Program-made: the position numbers and the translations under genes
Origin: an uncultured Thiotrichales bacterium
GTDB lineage: Bacteria; Pseudomonadota; Gammaproteobacteria; UWMA-0217
DNA: 26,520 nucleotides
Reading direction: 5' to 3'
NCBI GenBank assembly: GCA_964618535.1
Contig: CAZUAW010000004.1
Location: 1-26,520 of the forward strand
In this document: piece after piece, positions 18,076-26,520 of the stretch
Numbering within the stretch: position 1 is the first letter of the stretch
How the letters are laid out: each line of letters begins with the position of its first letter
The notes under the pieces: generated by a model
The model's database searches: none
Told to the model about the DNA's origin: nothing
The model's input: the letters and a program-made list of their open reading frames with translations, nothing else

Positions 18076-18912
18076 ATGCATTTTGATTTAGAGACTTTAT
18101 TGGTCATAGGTTCTGCCCTCACTGGATTGGTCTGGCTATTGGATCTTGCCTGGTTACGCCCCCAGCGTCAGGCAGCCGCAGCACCTTCCATGGGTAAAGC
18201 AGGCGCTCCCTCAACACCTGCCGGCGAAACGAAATCAGTCAATGCTGTCCACGAGCCTTGGTATATCGAGTACTCGCGCTCATTTTTCCCAGTGTTGCTG
18301 GTCGTGCTGGTACTCAGAGCCTTCGTTGCCGAACCTTTCAGAATCCCCTCTGGCTCAATGATCCCAACTTTATTGGTTGGCGATTTCATTCTGGTCAATA
18401 AATTTGCTTATGGCATTCGCTTACCAGTAATCCATAAGAAAATTCTCGCGACCAGTGACCCCGAGCGTGGCGATGTTGCTGTTTTCCGCTGGCCCCGTGA
18501 TCCTAGCCTTGATTACATTAAACGCGTCATCGGTATACCTGGCGATCGAATTAAATACGTCGATAAAAAACTCTACGTCAACGGTGAGCTCATCAACACA
18601 GAACTACTCGGAGCCTACGAAGGTAACGATCAGTACTCGCACAAAATGGAATATGCGCTGCAGGAAAATCTGCTGGGCGTTGAACATGAGATCCTCATCA
18701 ATAAAGATAGTCGCAATCTCGACTATATTGACGTTGTTCCCGAAGGGCATTACTTCGTCATGGGTGACAACCGCGATAACAGTAACGACAGCCGCTTTTG
18801 GGGATTTGTCCCTAAAGAAAACCTGGTGGGTCGCGCCTTATTCATTTGGATGAATTGGGATGCACCCAACAAGTCCGTTAATTTCAGTAGAATTGGGACT
18901 AAAATCAAATAG
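18076..18912 (+). CDS. lepB: Signal peptidase I
   Basis: EPFRIPSGSMIPTL (Ser), DYIKRVIG (Lys), GDNRDNSNDSRFWG; two N-terminal TM segments. Confidence 0.98.
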   Translation: MHFDLETLLVIGSALTGLVWLLDLAWLRPQRQAAAAPSMGKAGAPSTPAGETKSVNAVHEPWYIEYSRSFFPVLLVVLVLRAFVAEPFRIPSGSMIPTLLVGDFILVNKFAYGIRLPVIHKKILATSDPERGDVAVFRWPRDPSLDYIKRVIGIPGDRIKYVDKKLYVNGELINTELLGAYEGNDQYSHKMEYALQENLLGVEHEILINKDSRNLDYIDVVPEGHYFVMGDNRDNSNDSRFWGFVPKENLVGRALFIWMNWDAPNKSVNFSRIGTKIK

Positions 18913-18939
18913 TTTAGAAAGGAACTATGGAGTACTAGG

Positions 18940-19296
18940 ATGTTAAAAAAACAACAGGGAATGGGCATGGTTAGCTGGATTTTATCACTGTCTGTTTTAG
19001 GCTTGGTTTTCATCTTTGGCTTAAAATTATTCCCCATTTACTACGACTACTTTGCGGTGCAGGATATTGTTAAAGATGTCGCCAGAGAATATCGTGGTAA
19101 AAAAGTCGGCCAGATCAAGCTCTGGAAAACCATCAAAAAGCATCTCAATGTGAATGATATCAACTACATCACACCTGATAATTTCAAAGCACTGACTACC
19201 AAAGATGGCACTGAACTCATTTTGAAATACGATGCCAGAACCACCTATCTGTGGAATATTGATCTGCTGGTAAAACTAGAGTCGCGAGCGAAATAG
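18940..19296 (+). CDS. DUF4845-family protein (pilin-like N-terminus)
   Basis: KKQQGMGMVSWILSL N-terminus, then LKLFPIYYDY. Conserved position after lepB. Confidence 0.8.
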   Translation: MLKKQQGMGMVSWILSLSVLGLVFIFGLKLFPIYYDYFAVQDIVKDVAREYRGKKVGQIKLWKTIKKHLNVNDINYITPDNFKALTTKDGTELILKYDARTTYLWNIDLLVKLESRAK

Positions 19297-19323
19297 TCTT
19301 TTCCAGAGAGCGTATCTCGCCTC

Positions 19324-19332
19324 TGCTATAAT
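19324..19332 (+). promoter_or_regulatory. Extended -10 promoter for the 113-aa hypothetical gene
   Basis: TGCTATAAT, a perfect TGn-TATAAT, ending 26 nt before the GTG at 19359. Confidence 0.55.
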
Positions 19333-19358
19333 TCTGACAAACCATCATCGGAATACAC

Positions 19359-19700
19359 GTGCCACGCTTAACTCACTCGAAAGACAGTTGGAATACGCAA
19401 AATTTCTCCGAGAGTTTCAAGCAGGAAGTTAGCCAGCTGAATAGCGAAACACTGCCACTCTTTGCCGCGATGTCAGTCGGCAGCCACGTCATCGACGACA
19501 AGTTGCAAGTGATGATTCTTAATAGCTCTGAAACCGCAACACATATCATTGTCAAAGCCGGTGTCTTTTTTAGCTCAATCATTGCCGGCTGCGCCTGTGA
19601 CGACGACCCAACTCCCGTCAACGAAAACCCAGAGTACGGTGAAATGTTATTCACCATTGATAAGCAGAGCGCTGAAACAGCCATCGCTTTGACTGACTAG
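19359..19700 (+). CDS. Conserved hypothetical protein with GCACDDDPTP motif
   Basis: 113-aa ORF filling the gap, protein-like composition, upstream extended -10. Function unknown. Confidence 0.75.
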   Translation: MPRLTHSKDSWNTQNFSESFKQEVSQLNSETLPLFAAMSVGSHVIDDKLQVMILNSSETATHIIVKAGVFFSSIIAGCACDDDPTPVNENPEYGEMLFTIDKQSAETAIALTD

Positions 19701-20461
19701 TGTAGATACGGCTTCAGCGCGGTAAACCAACGCATTGCCATTTTTTCTTCGCCAAAACTGTTGGGGTGCCATTTGTCATAGTTATCAGTTTGTGCGTCAT
19801 AGCCGCTAAACTGATCAACCACGACTAACGGAGACTGCTCGCTATGGTGCTCAATCGTCCAGCTTTCTAGCGCGTTATTAAATACCGTAGCATCAACTCC
19901 TCGTAGTGGAATTATCTTAGCCAACAATAAAACGATTTCAGGATTATCAGCCCGTAATTTGGTCACGATACTCAATAACTCAGCCAAAGTACTCTCTACA
20001 CTCTGCCCACGGTCTACGTCATTTGTGCCTGCATGAATCAACGCAATATCTGCATCGTAATCCTGTAACCAAGTAGCGAGATATGCGTCAATCTCACCAG
20101 CTTCCCAGCCCCAATGCCCTTCGTGATCTTGATCAAAATCCCGTAACTTCTTCGGCACAGCACCGTTAAATGCTGTCTCGCTACCGACAAAATCCACCCT
20201 ATAACCGGCTTCTTTCAGCAGAAACCACAAACTTCGGCGATAACTGGGGTGCCCGTTGCCACCTTGCGTAATAGAATCGCCAAGTGCCAGAATTTTAACC
20301 GCGTGATTATCCACATGGCTGACCGACTCATTACTTTTTGGCCAAAATAAAAATACGATGAGCAATATGATTGAGCCAGGAATCCATAGCTTCCCAGCGT
20401 ATTGCGAGATTAAATGTTGTAGAGGTTGCAATGATTGATCCGTTTGCTTGATTCGGCTCAC
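19697..20461 (-). CDS. Membrane-anchored SGNH/GDSL hydrolase
   Basis: Block I ILALGDSITQG, block III IHAGTND, block V DKWHPN. N-terminal TM LWIPGSIILLIVFLFW. Confidence 0.88.
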   Translation of the reverse strand: MSRIKQTDQSLQPLQHLISQYAGKLWIPGSIILLIVFLFWPKSNESVSHVDNHAVKILALGDSITQGGNGHPSYRRSLWFLLKEAGYRVDFVGSETAFNGAVPKKLRDFDQDHEGHWGWEAGEIDAYLATWLQDYDADIALIHAGTNDVDRGQSVESTLAELLSIVTKLRADNPEIVLLLAKIIPLRGVDATVFNNALESWTIEHHSEQSPLVVVDQFSGYDAQTDNYDKWHPNSFGEEKMAMRWFTALKPYLH

Positions 20462-20572
20462 TATAGATACATTTTAATAGGGTTGCCAACGATGTAAGAC
20501 TGTTGGCCTGTACTTTTTAGCTGAACGCTCGGGACTAGATTTATCACGCCCTATCAAGCATAGTCATAAACT

Positions 20573-21253
20573 ATGAAACGCGGCACAAAACTCTATGAAT
20601 TACTGGACGAGGAAATCAGAAATTCTGACCTTTTTCGAACAGCTATCACGCATCGAAGTGTTGGCAGCCACAACAATGAGCGGCTAGAATTTCTTGGCGA
20701 TAGTATCCTGAGTATAAGCATCACAGAGTATTTGTACCGCAATATGCCCGATGCGCCAGAAGGCGATCTCAGCCGTCTACGCTCGCATCTTGTCCGTGGT
20801 GAGACGCTCGCTGATATTGGAGTCGATAACTTTTTAGGTGATCAGCTCAAACTCGGCCCTGGTGAACTCAAAAGCGGCGGATTCAGGCGTCGGTCCATCA
20901 TTGAAGATGCTTTAGAGGCAATTATCGGTGCTGTCTTTTTGCTCAAAGGATTCGAATTTACACGTCAGTTTATTTACGATTTATTTGGCGATAAGCTGAT
21001 TGATTTACCCTCCGCGCAATCACTCAAAGATCCCAAAAGTCAGTTACAAGAATGGCTCCAGTCCCAGGGGCATCCTGTGCCAGAATATGAAGTGTTAAGC
21101 ACCTCGGGTAAAGCGCACCAAATGATATTTAATACTGTTTGCCGCATCCCCGCTTTGAGCATCGTTTGCGAAAATTCCGGCAGCAGCAGGCGCAAAGCAG
21201 AGCAAGGCGCAGCAGTAATGGCAATGCAACAGGCGATAGCATCCAATGACTGA
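20573..21253 (+). CDS. rnc: Ribonuclease III
   Basis: THRS...NNERLEFLGDSIL signature; dsRBD DPKSQLQEWLQ...SRRKAEQ. Confidence 0.98.
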   Translation: MKRGTKLYELLDEEIRNSDLFRTAITHRSVGSHNNERLEFLGDSILSISITEYLYRNMPDAPEGDLSRLRSHLVRGETLADIGVDNFLGDQLKLGPGELKSGGFRRRSIIEDALEAIIGAVFLLKGFEFTRQFIYDLFGDKLIDLPSAQSLKDPKSQLQEWLQSQGHPVPEYEVLSTSGKAHQMIFNTVCRIPALSIVCENSGSSRRKAEQGAAVMAMQQAIASND

Positions 21254-22163
21254 AAAAATCACCAATAAAGACAAAAAATACTGCGGCCATATCGTCATCG
21301 CTGGCCGCCCTAACGTTGGCAAATCTACTTTAATGAATCGAATGCTGGGTGTACATTTAGCGGCAACCACACCAAAACCCCAAACAACGCGAAACCGAAT
21401 CCTCGGCATTCATACGGTAGATAATCACCAATACGTGTTTGTTGATACCCCCGGCATTCACGATGACAAAAACCGTTTGCTTAACCGCCGTATCAACCGC
21501 ACAGCGATCGGTAGTTTGGTCGAAGGCGACGTCATTTTATTTTTGCTGGAAGCGGGACAATGGCGAAAAGAAGATGAAAAGGCACTGGGATTCATTGCTG
21601 AGCACAAGATTCCGGTGGTGTTGATCATCAACAAAATCGATCAAATCAAGAAAAAAGAAGCCCTGCTACCGTTCATACAAAAGGTCAGCGCATTCCATGA
21701 TTTTGACCAGATCATCCCACTGTCCGCGCTGCGAGAAAAGGATCCGCGACATCTGCTGGACAAAATTTCCCGCTACCTGCCGGAGGGAGAATTTGAATAT
21801 GATCCCGATGAATTAACCGATAGAAGTATGCGTTTCATCAGCTCCGAATTGGTGCGTGAGCAATTGATGTTCTCACTCAAACAAGAGGCGCCCTACGCCG
21901 TGGCAGTCGAGATTGAGGATTACCAGGAGACCGAAAAAGGCATTCACATTGATGCGTTGATCTATGTCGAGCGCGAAGGTCAAAAACGCATTGTCATCGG
22001 CAAAAAAGGCGCGGGACTCAAAACCATCGGCACCGAAGCTCGGCGACGAATCAGTGGTTTATTGGAGAAACCGGTGCATTTAAAACTTTGGGTTAAGGTC
22101 AAAGAAAACTGGCGTGAAAGTCCAAAAATGCTGGATATGCTGAGTATTGATCGTGAGCTATGA
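21246..22163 (+). CDS. era: GTPase Era
   Basis: GRPNVGKS, KPQTTR, DTPG, NKID; KH domain IVIGKKG. Follows rnc. Confidence 0.98.
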   Translation: MTEKITNKDKKYCGHIVIAGRPNVGKSTLMNRMLGVHLAATTPKPQTTRNRILGIHTVDNHQYVFVDTPGIHDDKNRLLNRRINRTAIGSLVEGDVILFLLEAGQWRKEDEKALGFIAEHKIPVVLIINKIDQIKKKEALLPFIQKVSAFHDFDQIIPLSALREKDPRHLLDKISRYLPEGEFEYDPDELTDRSMRFISSELVREQLMFSLKQEAPYAVAVEIEDYQETEKGIHIDALIYVEREGQKRIVIGKKGAGLKTIGTEARRRISGLLEKPVHLKLWVKVKENWRESPKMLDMLSIDREL

Positions 22164-22855
22164 GCGAGATTCCTGAGGATGTTGGGTTTGTCATCCACAG
22201 TCGGCGTTATCGCGAAAACAGCCGCATTGTCGAAATTTTCACCCGCGAACATGGCCGTATCGCGCTAGTCGCGAGAATCCCTAAAAAGCACGGCGGTCGA
22301 GAAATGGCAGCATTGCAACCTCACTGCGAATCACTGTTTAGCTGGCGGGGACGGCATGATTTGCAAAATCTGGTGAATGTCGATGCCCGTGAGAAATATC
22401 AACTGGAAGGTGAAAGTGGTATTTGTGGACTCTACTGCAATGAATTGATGCTCTACCTGCTAGACAAACAACTGCCCATTCCGGCGCTATACGATAGCTA
22501 TAAAACACTCATGCAGCAGCTCAACACCCAGACCGACGCGGCAATCAGCTTGAGACAATTTGAAGGCGATCTACTGCATCAACTTGGCTTTAGCCTTGAT
22601 TTTGCGAGTGTGCAAAAAGATCTGGGCAGACCCTGTTATTTTCATCCTGAAAATGGTCTTTCTTACCAACGTGAAGAAAACTCAATCAAAATCGCCCCCG
22701 CCGTTTTAGAAGATCTCGCACGTGAGGACTATGCCCGCCCAGAAACCGCCAGAGCTGCAAAAACAATCTTTTGTAGTACCATTCACACGCTACTGGAAGG
22801 TAAGAAATTACGCTCACGGGCACTTATGCAATCCTATCGGAAATACACATCATGA
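22160..22855 (+). CDS. recO: DNA repair protein RecO
   Basis: FVIHSRRYRENSRIVEIFTREHGRI, GLYCNELM, LRQFE. Follows era. Confidence 0.93.
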   Translation: MSEIPEDVGFVIHSRRYRENSRIVEIFTREHGRIALVARIPKKHGGREMAALQPHCESLFSWRGRHDLQNLVNVDAREKYQLEGESGICGLYCNELMLYLLDKQLPIPALYDSYKTLMQQLNTQTDAAISLRQFEGDLLHQLGFSLDFASVQKDLGRPCYFHPENGLSYQREENSIKIAPAVLEDLAREDYARPETARAAKTIFCSTIHTLLEGKKLRSRALMQSYRKYTS

Positions 22856-23577
22856 CTCAGCCGACAAACATCCGACTTGGCGTGAATATCGACCACGCCG
22901 CCACCATTCGCCAGGCTCGCTTCACGCCCTACCCTGATCTGGTAGAGATTGTTTCTGAAGTCGAAGCAGGCGGCGCTGACGGTATTACCCTACATCTTCG
23001 CGAAGATCGCAGGCATATCCAGGATGCTGATGTCACGCGGCTGAAAAAAGCGATTACGACCAACATGAATCTGGAAATGGCGGCGACTGACGAAATGGTC
23101 GGCATCGCCTGTAAAATTAAACCGGAAGACTGCTGCCTTGTGCCTGAAAGCCGCGAAGAACTGACTACCGAAGGTGGTCTTGACGTTCTACGCAACCGGA
23201 GCAGATTAGAAACTGTCTGTCGAAAGCTCGCTGATGAGCAGATTCGCGTCTCCATCTTCATCGAACCCAGCCTCGAACAGATCACCGCCGCCGCTGAGAT
23301 TGGAGCACCTGTGATCGAACTGCATACGGGCACCTACGCCAACGCTAGCGGTGATGTTGCCGTGCAGGAAGTCAATCGACTCATACAAGCGGCCAAGCAC
23401 GCGCATAGCCTCGGATTGATCGTCAATGCTGGGCATGGGCTCGACTACAACAATATTGAACCTATCTTGAAACTGCCGCATCTTAACGAACTCAATATTG
23501 GTCATTCCATCATCGCACGGGCGCTGTTCACGGGTATCCGAAGCGCAGTAAAAGAAATGGCGGATATTTTGCGTTGA
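22852..23577 (+). CDS. pdxJ: Pyridoxine 5'-phosphate synthase
   Basis: LGVNIDHAATIRQAR, HLREDRRHIQD, ELHTG, NAGHGL, ELNIGHSII. Confidence 0.98.
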   Translation: MTQPTNIRLGVNIDHAATIRQARFTPYPDLVEIVSEVEAGGADGITLHLREDRRHIQDADVTRLKKAITTNMNLEMAATDEMVGIACKIKPEDCCLVPESREELTTEGGLDVLRNRSRLETVCRKLADEQIRVSIFIEPSLEQITAAAEIGAPVIELHTGTYANASGDVAVQEVNRLIQAAKHAHSLGLIVNAGHGLDYNNIEPILKLPHLNELNIGHSIIARALFTGIRSAVKEMADILR

Positions 23578-23626
23578 GCGGCCGATATGACGGGCAGAGG
23601 CTCCGTGTTTGGTACCTCAGCAGAGG

Positions 23627-24880
23627 CTACTCTGTGCTATCCGATTGCGCAGGTCGGGTGGATTGTTCTATCGGGCTAAGATCAACAGGCGTCTTTTTAG
23701 CGTGAATGCCCAGCTCGGTCATTCTTCTAGCACCTGGCATGAGCTGTCTTTCTAAGGATCCGAGGGTTTTATTGTAGTGCTCGACGCTGCTGTTAAGGCT
23801 TTTACCGAGCCGCTGGAAGTGTTCGGTGAGGGTTGCGATACGGCGATGTAGTTCTTCGCCGAGCTGGCGAATCTGCTCAGTATTTTCTGAAAAAGCAATC
23901 TGCTTCCAGCCAAAAGCGACAGCGCGTAATAAGCCCATCAGGCTAGACGGAGTTGCGAGGATGATGTTGTGCTTCATGCCGAATTCAAGCAGATCGGCAT
24001 CTTCAGCAAGTGCCGCCGTTAGGAATTGATCACCGGGAATGAACAAGACAACAAAATCCGGGCTGTGGCTAAATTGTGCCCAATAGGATTTGCTGGCGAG
24101 AGATTTCACCCGATCACGCAGGTTGCGGGCGTGATTAACCATGGCAGCTTTCTGCAATTGCTCGGTATCAGCGTCAATAGCGCTGAGGTAGCCATCCAAC
24201 GGGGCTTTGGCGTCGATAATGATTTCCCGCTGCCCGGGCATACGTACGATCATATCCGGGCGCAGGCGATTATCATCGCTGAGGGTTTTAACCTGTTCAT
24301 CAAAATCACAATGTTCGACCATGCCTGCTAGTTCGATAAGACGTTTGAGGGTCATTTCTCCCCAGCGGCCACGCACATCGGGGCGTTTCAGCGCATTAAC
24401 CAGATGATTTGTTTCGCTACGCAGGTCAATTTCTGCACGTGTCAGGGTTTCAATTTGCTGCGAGAGCGAGCCAAAGGATTGCTTACGTTCATTTTCGATT
24501 TGCTTGATCTGTTCTTCGGTGCGATTAAGGGCTTCTTTAATCGGTGCAACGAGGTTGTCGATGGCCATTTCACGCTGCTGTAAATCTGAGGTGGCGCGCT
24601 GGCGATGAATTTTCAGGTTTTCAGCTGCGAGGCGCAAAAATAGGCTGCTGTTATCTTTGAGCGCCTGACGAGAAAGTACGGCAAAATGCTGTGACAGATT
24701 TTCGCGAGCATCATTGAGCTGCTTAAGCTGTGCGTCGAAGTGTTGTTGATCACGCGCAAGCTCGGTTGTCAGGCGAGTGTTTTCAATGCTTAAATCTTGC
24801 AGTTCGCGTTGCGCGTGTAACCAGGTGATGAGCGCACCAATGAGTAATCCAAGCAGTGCCGCGCCAAGCGAAAAATACAT
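23627..24880 (-). CDS. rmuC: DNA recombination protein RmuC
   Basis: N-terminal TM then coiled coil; RGRWGEMTL, RPDMIVRMP, IIIDAKAPL, PDFVVLFIP, ILATPSSL. Start moved to the ATG at 24880 to avoid overlap with the upstream gene. Confidence 0.92.
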   Translation of the reverse strand: MYFSLGAALLGLLIGALITWLHAQRELQDLSIENTRLTTELARDQQHFDAQLKQLNDARENLSQHFAVLSRQALKDNSSLFLRLAAENLKIHRQRATSDLQQREMAIDNLVAPIKEALNRTEEQIKQIENERKQSFGSLSQQIETLTRAEIDLRSETNHLVNALKRPDVRGRWGEMTLKRLIELAGMVEHCDFDEQVKTLSDDNRLRPDMIVRMPGQREIIIDAKAPLDGYLSAIDADTEQLQKAAMVNHARNLRDRVKSLASKSYWAQFSHSPDFVVLFIPGDQFLTAALAEDADLLEFGMKHNIILATPSSLMGLLRAVAFGWKQIAFSENTEQIRQLGEELHRRIATLTEHFQRLGKSLNSSVEHYNKTLGSLERQLMPGARRMTELGIHAKKTPVDLSPIEQSTRPAQSDSTE

Positions 24881-24896
24881 TAGCAAGTTTTGGGTA

Positions 24897-25607
24897 TCAG
24901 CCAGCAAGGTCGGCAGCCTTGTGCGGGCGAATCCAGGCATCAAGTTCCAGAGCATGATCTATGTTGCCATCGGCACCCCATTCCTCCCGTCTTTGCTCTG
25001 CGTCAATATAGCCGTAATTGGCGATGACTGTGGTCATGTTAGCGGCGTTACCGGCAGCAATATCGCGTTCAGCATCGCCCACGTAAAGACAGTTAGCAGG
25101 ATCGGCATTCGCAAGCTTTGCGGCAACCAGCATCGGCAACGGATGAGGTTTTCGCTCCGCAGTAGAATCACCGCTGATGACGCAAACCGCGCTGGACATT
25201 AAGCCCGCCTGCTCCATCAACGGATCAGTGAGCCAACCAGGTTTATTGGTAACAACGCCCCAGCTGAGACCTTGCGCCTGAATATTATCCAGCAGTTTAG
25301 CCATGCCAGGGAACAGCACAGTATCAACACAGAGACGGTTTTGATAATAGCTGAGAAAGCGTTGTTTTCTATCTTCAAAGTCTTTTGGGGATTGATCCTT
25401 TCCAAAGACGAATTCAACCAAAGCCGCCGAGCCATGTGAGACCTGATTGCGAAGCTGTGCCGCCGGCAGTGGTTCACGCTGCTCATCAGTGAGGACACGA
25501 TTCAACGCATGAATCATATCTGGCGCGGTATCCAGCAAAGTGCCGTCCAAATCAAACAGGACGCATTGTATTTGCCCAAATTTGGCTGAATTGAATGCTC
25601 TCATCAC
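24897..25607 (-). CDS. HAD phosphatase, Gph/MupP family
   Basis: [15 protein letters not shown] (motif I), VVTNKP, RKPHP, VGDAERD. ATGA overlap with the ubiG stop. Confidence 0.9.
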   Translation of the reverse strand: MMRAFNSAKFGQIQCVLFDLDGTLLDTAPDMIHALNRVLTDEQREPLPAAQLRNQVSHGSAALVEFVFGKDQSPKDFEDRKQRFLSYYQNRLCVDTVLFPGMAKLLDNIQAQGLSWGVVTNKPGWLTDPLMEQAGLMSSAVCVISGDSTAERKPHPLPMLVAAKLANADPANCLYVGDAERDIAAGNAANMTTVIANYGYIDAEQRREEWGADGNIDHALELDAWIRPHKAADLAG

Positions 25608-26314
25608 TCTATTTCTTTTTGCGTCGCCATCAGATAATTCACATCAATGTCGCTGCCGAGCTTGTAGTGTTTACTGAACGGGTTATAGCTCATGCCGGTA
25701 AGATCAGTCGTGAGCAGACCAGCTTCCCGCGCCCAACCGCTAAGCTCGGAGGGCTTGATGAATTTGGCATACTCATGCGTCCCTTTCGGTAGCAGATTAA
25801 GCACATACTCTGCGCCAACGATGGCGAACAAAAACGATTTCGGGTTGCGATTAAGGGTTGAGAAAAATACCCAGCCACCGGGTTTGACCAGCTTTGCGCA
25901 AGCCGTGATGACCGAAGAGGGATCAGGCACATGCTCAAGCATTTCCATACAAGTGATCGCATCAAATGAGCCTGGTACTTCTTGTGCCAGTGCCTCAACC
26001 GTGATTTTTTGGTAGGTCACTTTCCTGCCACTTTCAAGCAGATGTAACTCCGCAACCGACAAGGGCGCTTCACCCATATCAATCCCCGTCACATCAGCGC
26101 CATAGCTCGCCATCGCTTCAGATAAAATCCCGCCACCACAGCCGACATCAAGCACGGTTTTACCGGCAATATTGGCATAACGGTCAATATAATCCAGGCG
26201 CAGCGGATTAATATCATGCAGTGGCTTAAATTCACTATTGGGATCCCACCAGCGCGATGCGAGGGCTTCGAATTTTGCGATTTCCGCAGGGTCTACATTG
26301 GTTGCTGTATTCAT
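25604..26314 (-). CDS. ubiG: Ubiquinone biosynthesis O-methyltransferase UbiG
   Basis: [51 protein letters not shown]. Confidence 0.98.
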   Translation of the reverse strand: MNTATNVDPAEIAKFEALASRWWDPNSEFKPLHDINPLRLDYIDRYANIAGKTVLDVGCGGGILSEAMASYGADVTGIDMGEAPLSVAELHLLESGRKVTYQKITVEALAQEVPGSFDAITCMEMLEHVPDPSSVITACAKLVKPGGWVFFSTLNRNPKSFLFAIVGAEYVLNLLPKGTHEYAKFIKPSELSGWAREAGLLTTDLTGMSYNPFSKHYKLGSDIDVNYLMATQKEIE

Positions 26315-26520
26315 AGACCAGATTTTAACCCCATTGCTTTAGGGATGCAGCTTTCCCTGTATCGGACCCACCGGCAATCCCTGCCGGAGTCCGTTACTCA
26401 CTGCTTTGGCAACTAGTACATTGAACACGTTGGATGCGCTGATACCGACACTTTGAACTGGACAGTGTCCTAGCCCGAATATTTCATGAATTACACGAGT
26501 TCTCGCTTATCTATTGATTC

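Noticed and set aside
1096-26416. The many short opposite-strand or alternate-frame ORFs in the track (e.g. 1512-1736, 6460-6750, 7810-8109, 13461-13883, 15463-15930, 22929-23333, 24777-25202, 26216-26416)
   Set aside because: All lie within well-supported genes, have no recognisable motifs and have antisense-like composition; treated as shadow ORFs.
26486-26520. Possible start of a plus-strand gene (ATG AAT TAC ACG..., MNYTSSRLSID) at the window edge
   Set aside because: Only 11 codons visible, no clear SD and no recognisable family.

Overview
Gammaproteobacterial chromosomal window in two blocks. (1) About 1-12.7 kb, all on the minus strand and visibly more AT-rich: a chemosensory cluster cheV - MCP - cheA - cheW - Aer2-like MCP - STAS - cheR - cheB - cheY-like - CheC/CheX-like, ending in an intrinsic terminator. 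It resembles an F7/Che2-type system but has no cheD, and no cheY upstream of cheA. Its two paralogous PAS receptors share a rare EAAHAG hairpin tip and a D-[RK]-R-S-x-x-R-P-W tail motif. One is predicted to combine a heme-PAS, a C-terminal CZB zinc/redox domain and a CheR/CheB-docking pentapeptide. (2) About 12.9-26.5 kb, housekeeping genes: der divergent from degP/mucD - glutaredoxin-like - lepA - lepB - DUF4845 - [conserved hypothetical + SGNH hydrolase insertion] - rnc - era - recO - pdxJ, convergent with ubiG - gph/mupP - rmuC. No rRNA, tRNA, CRISPR array, transposase or integrase was seen. All family calls come from motif recognition by eye; no database search was run. The best candidate for an undescribed system is the O2/redox-sensing chemosensory cluster with its receptor-specific motifs and its CheY/CheC-like output pair.
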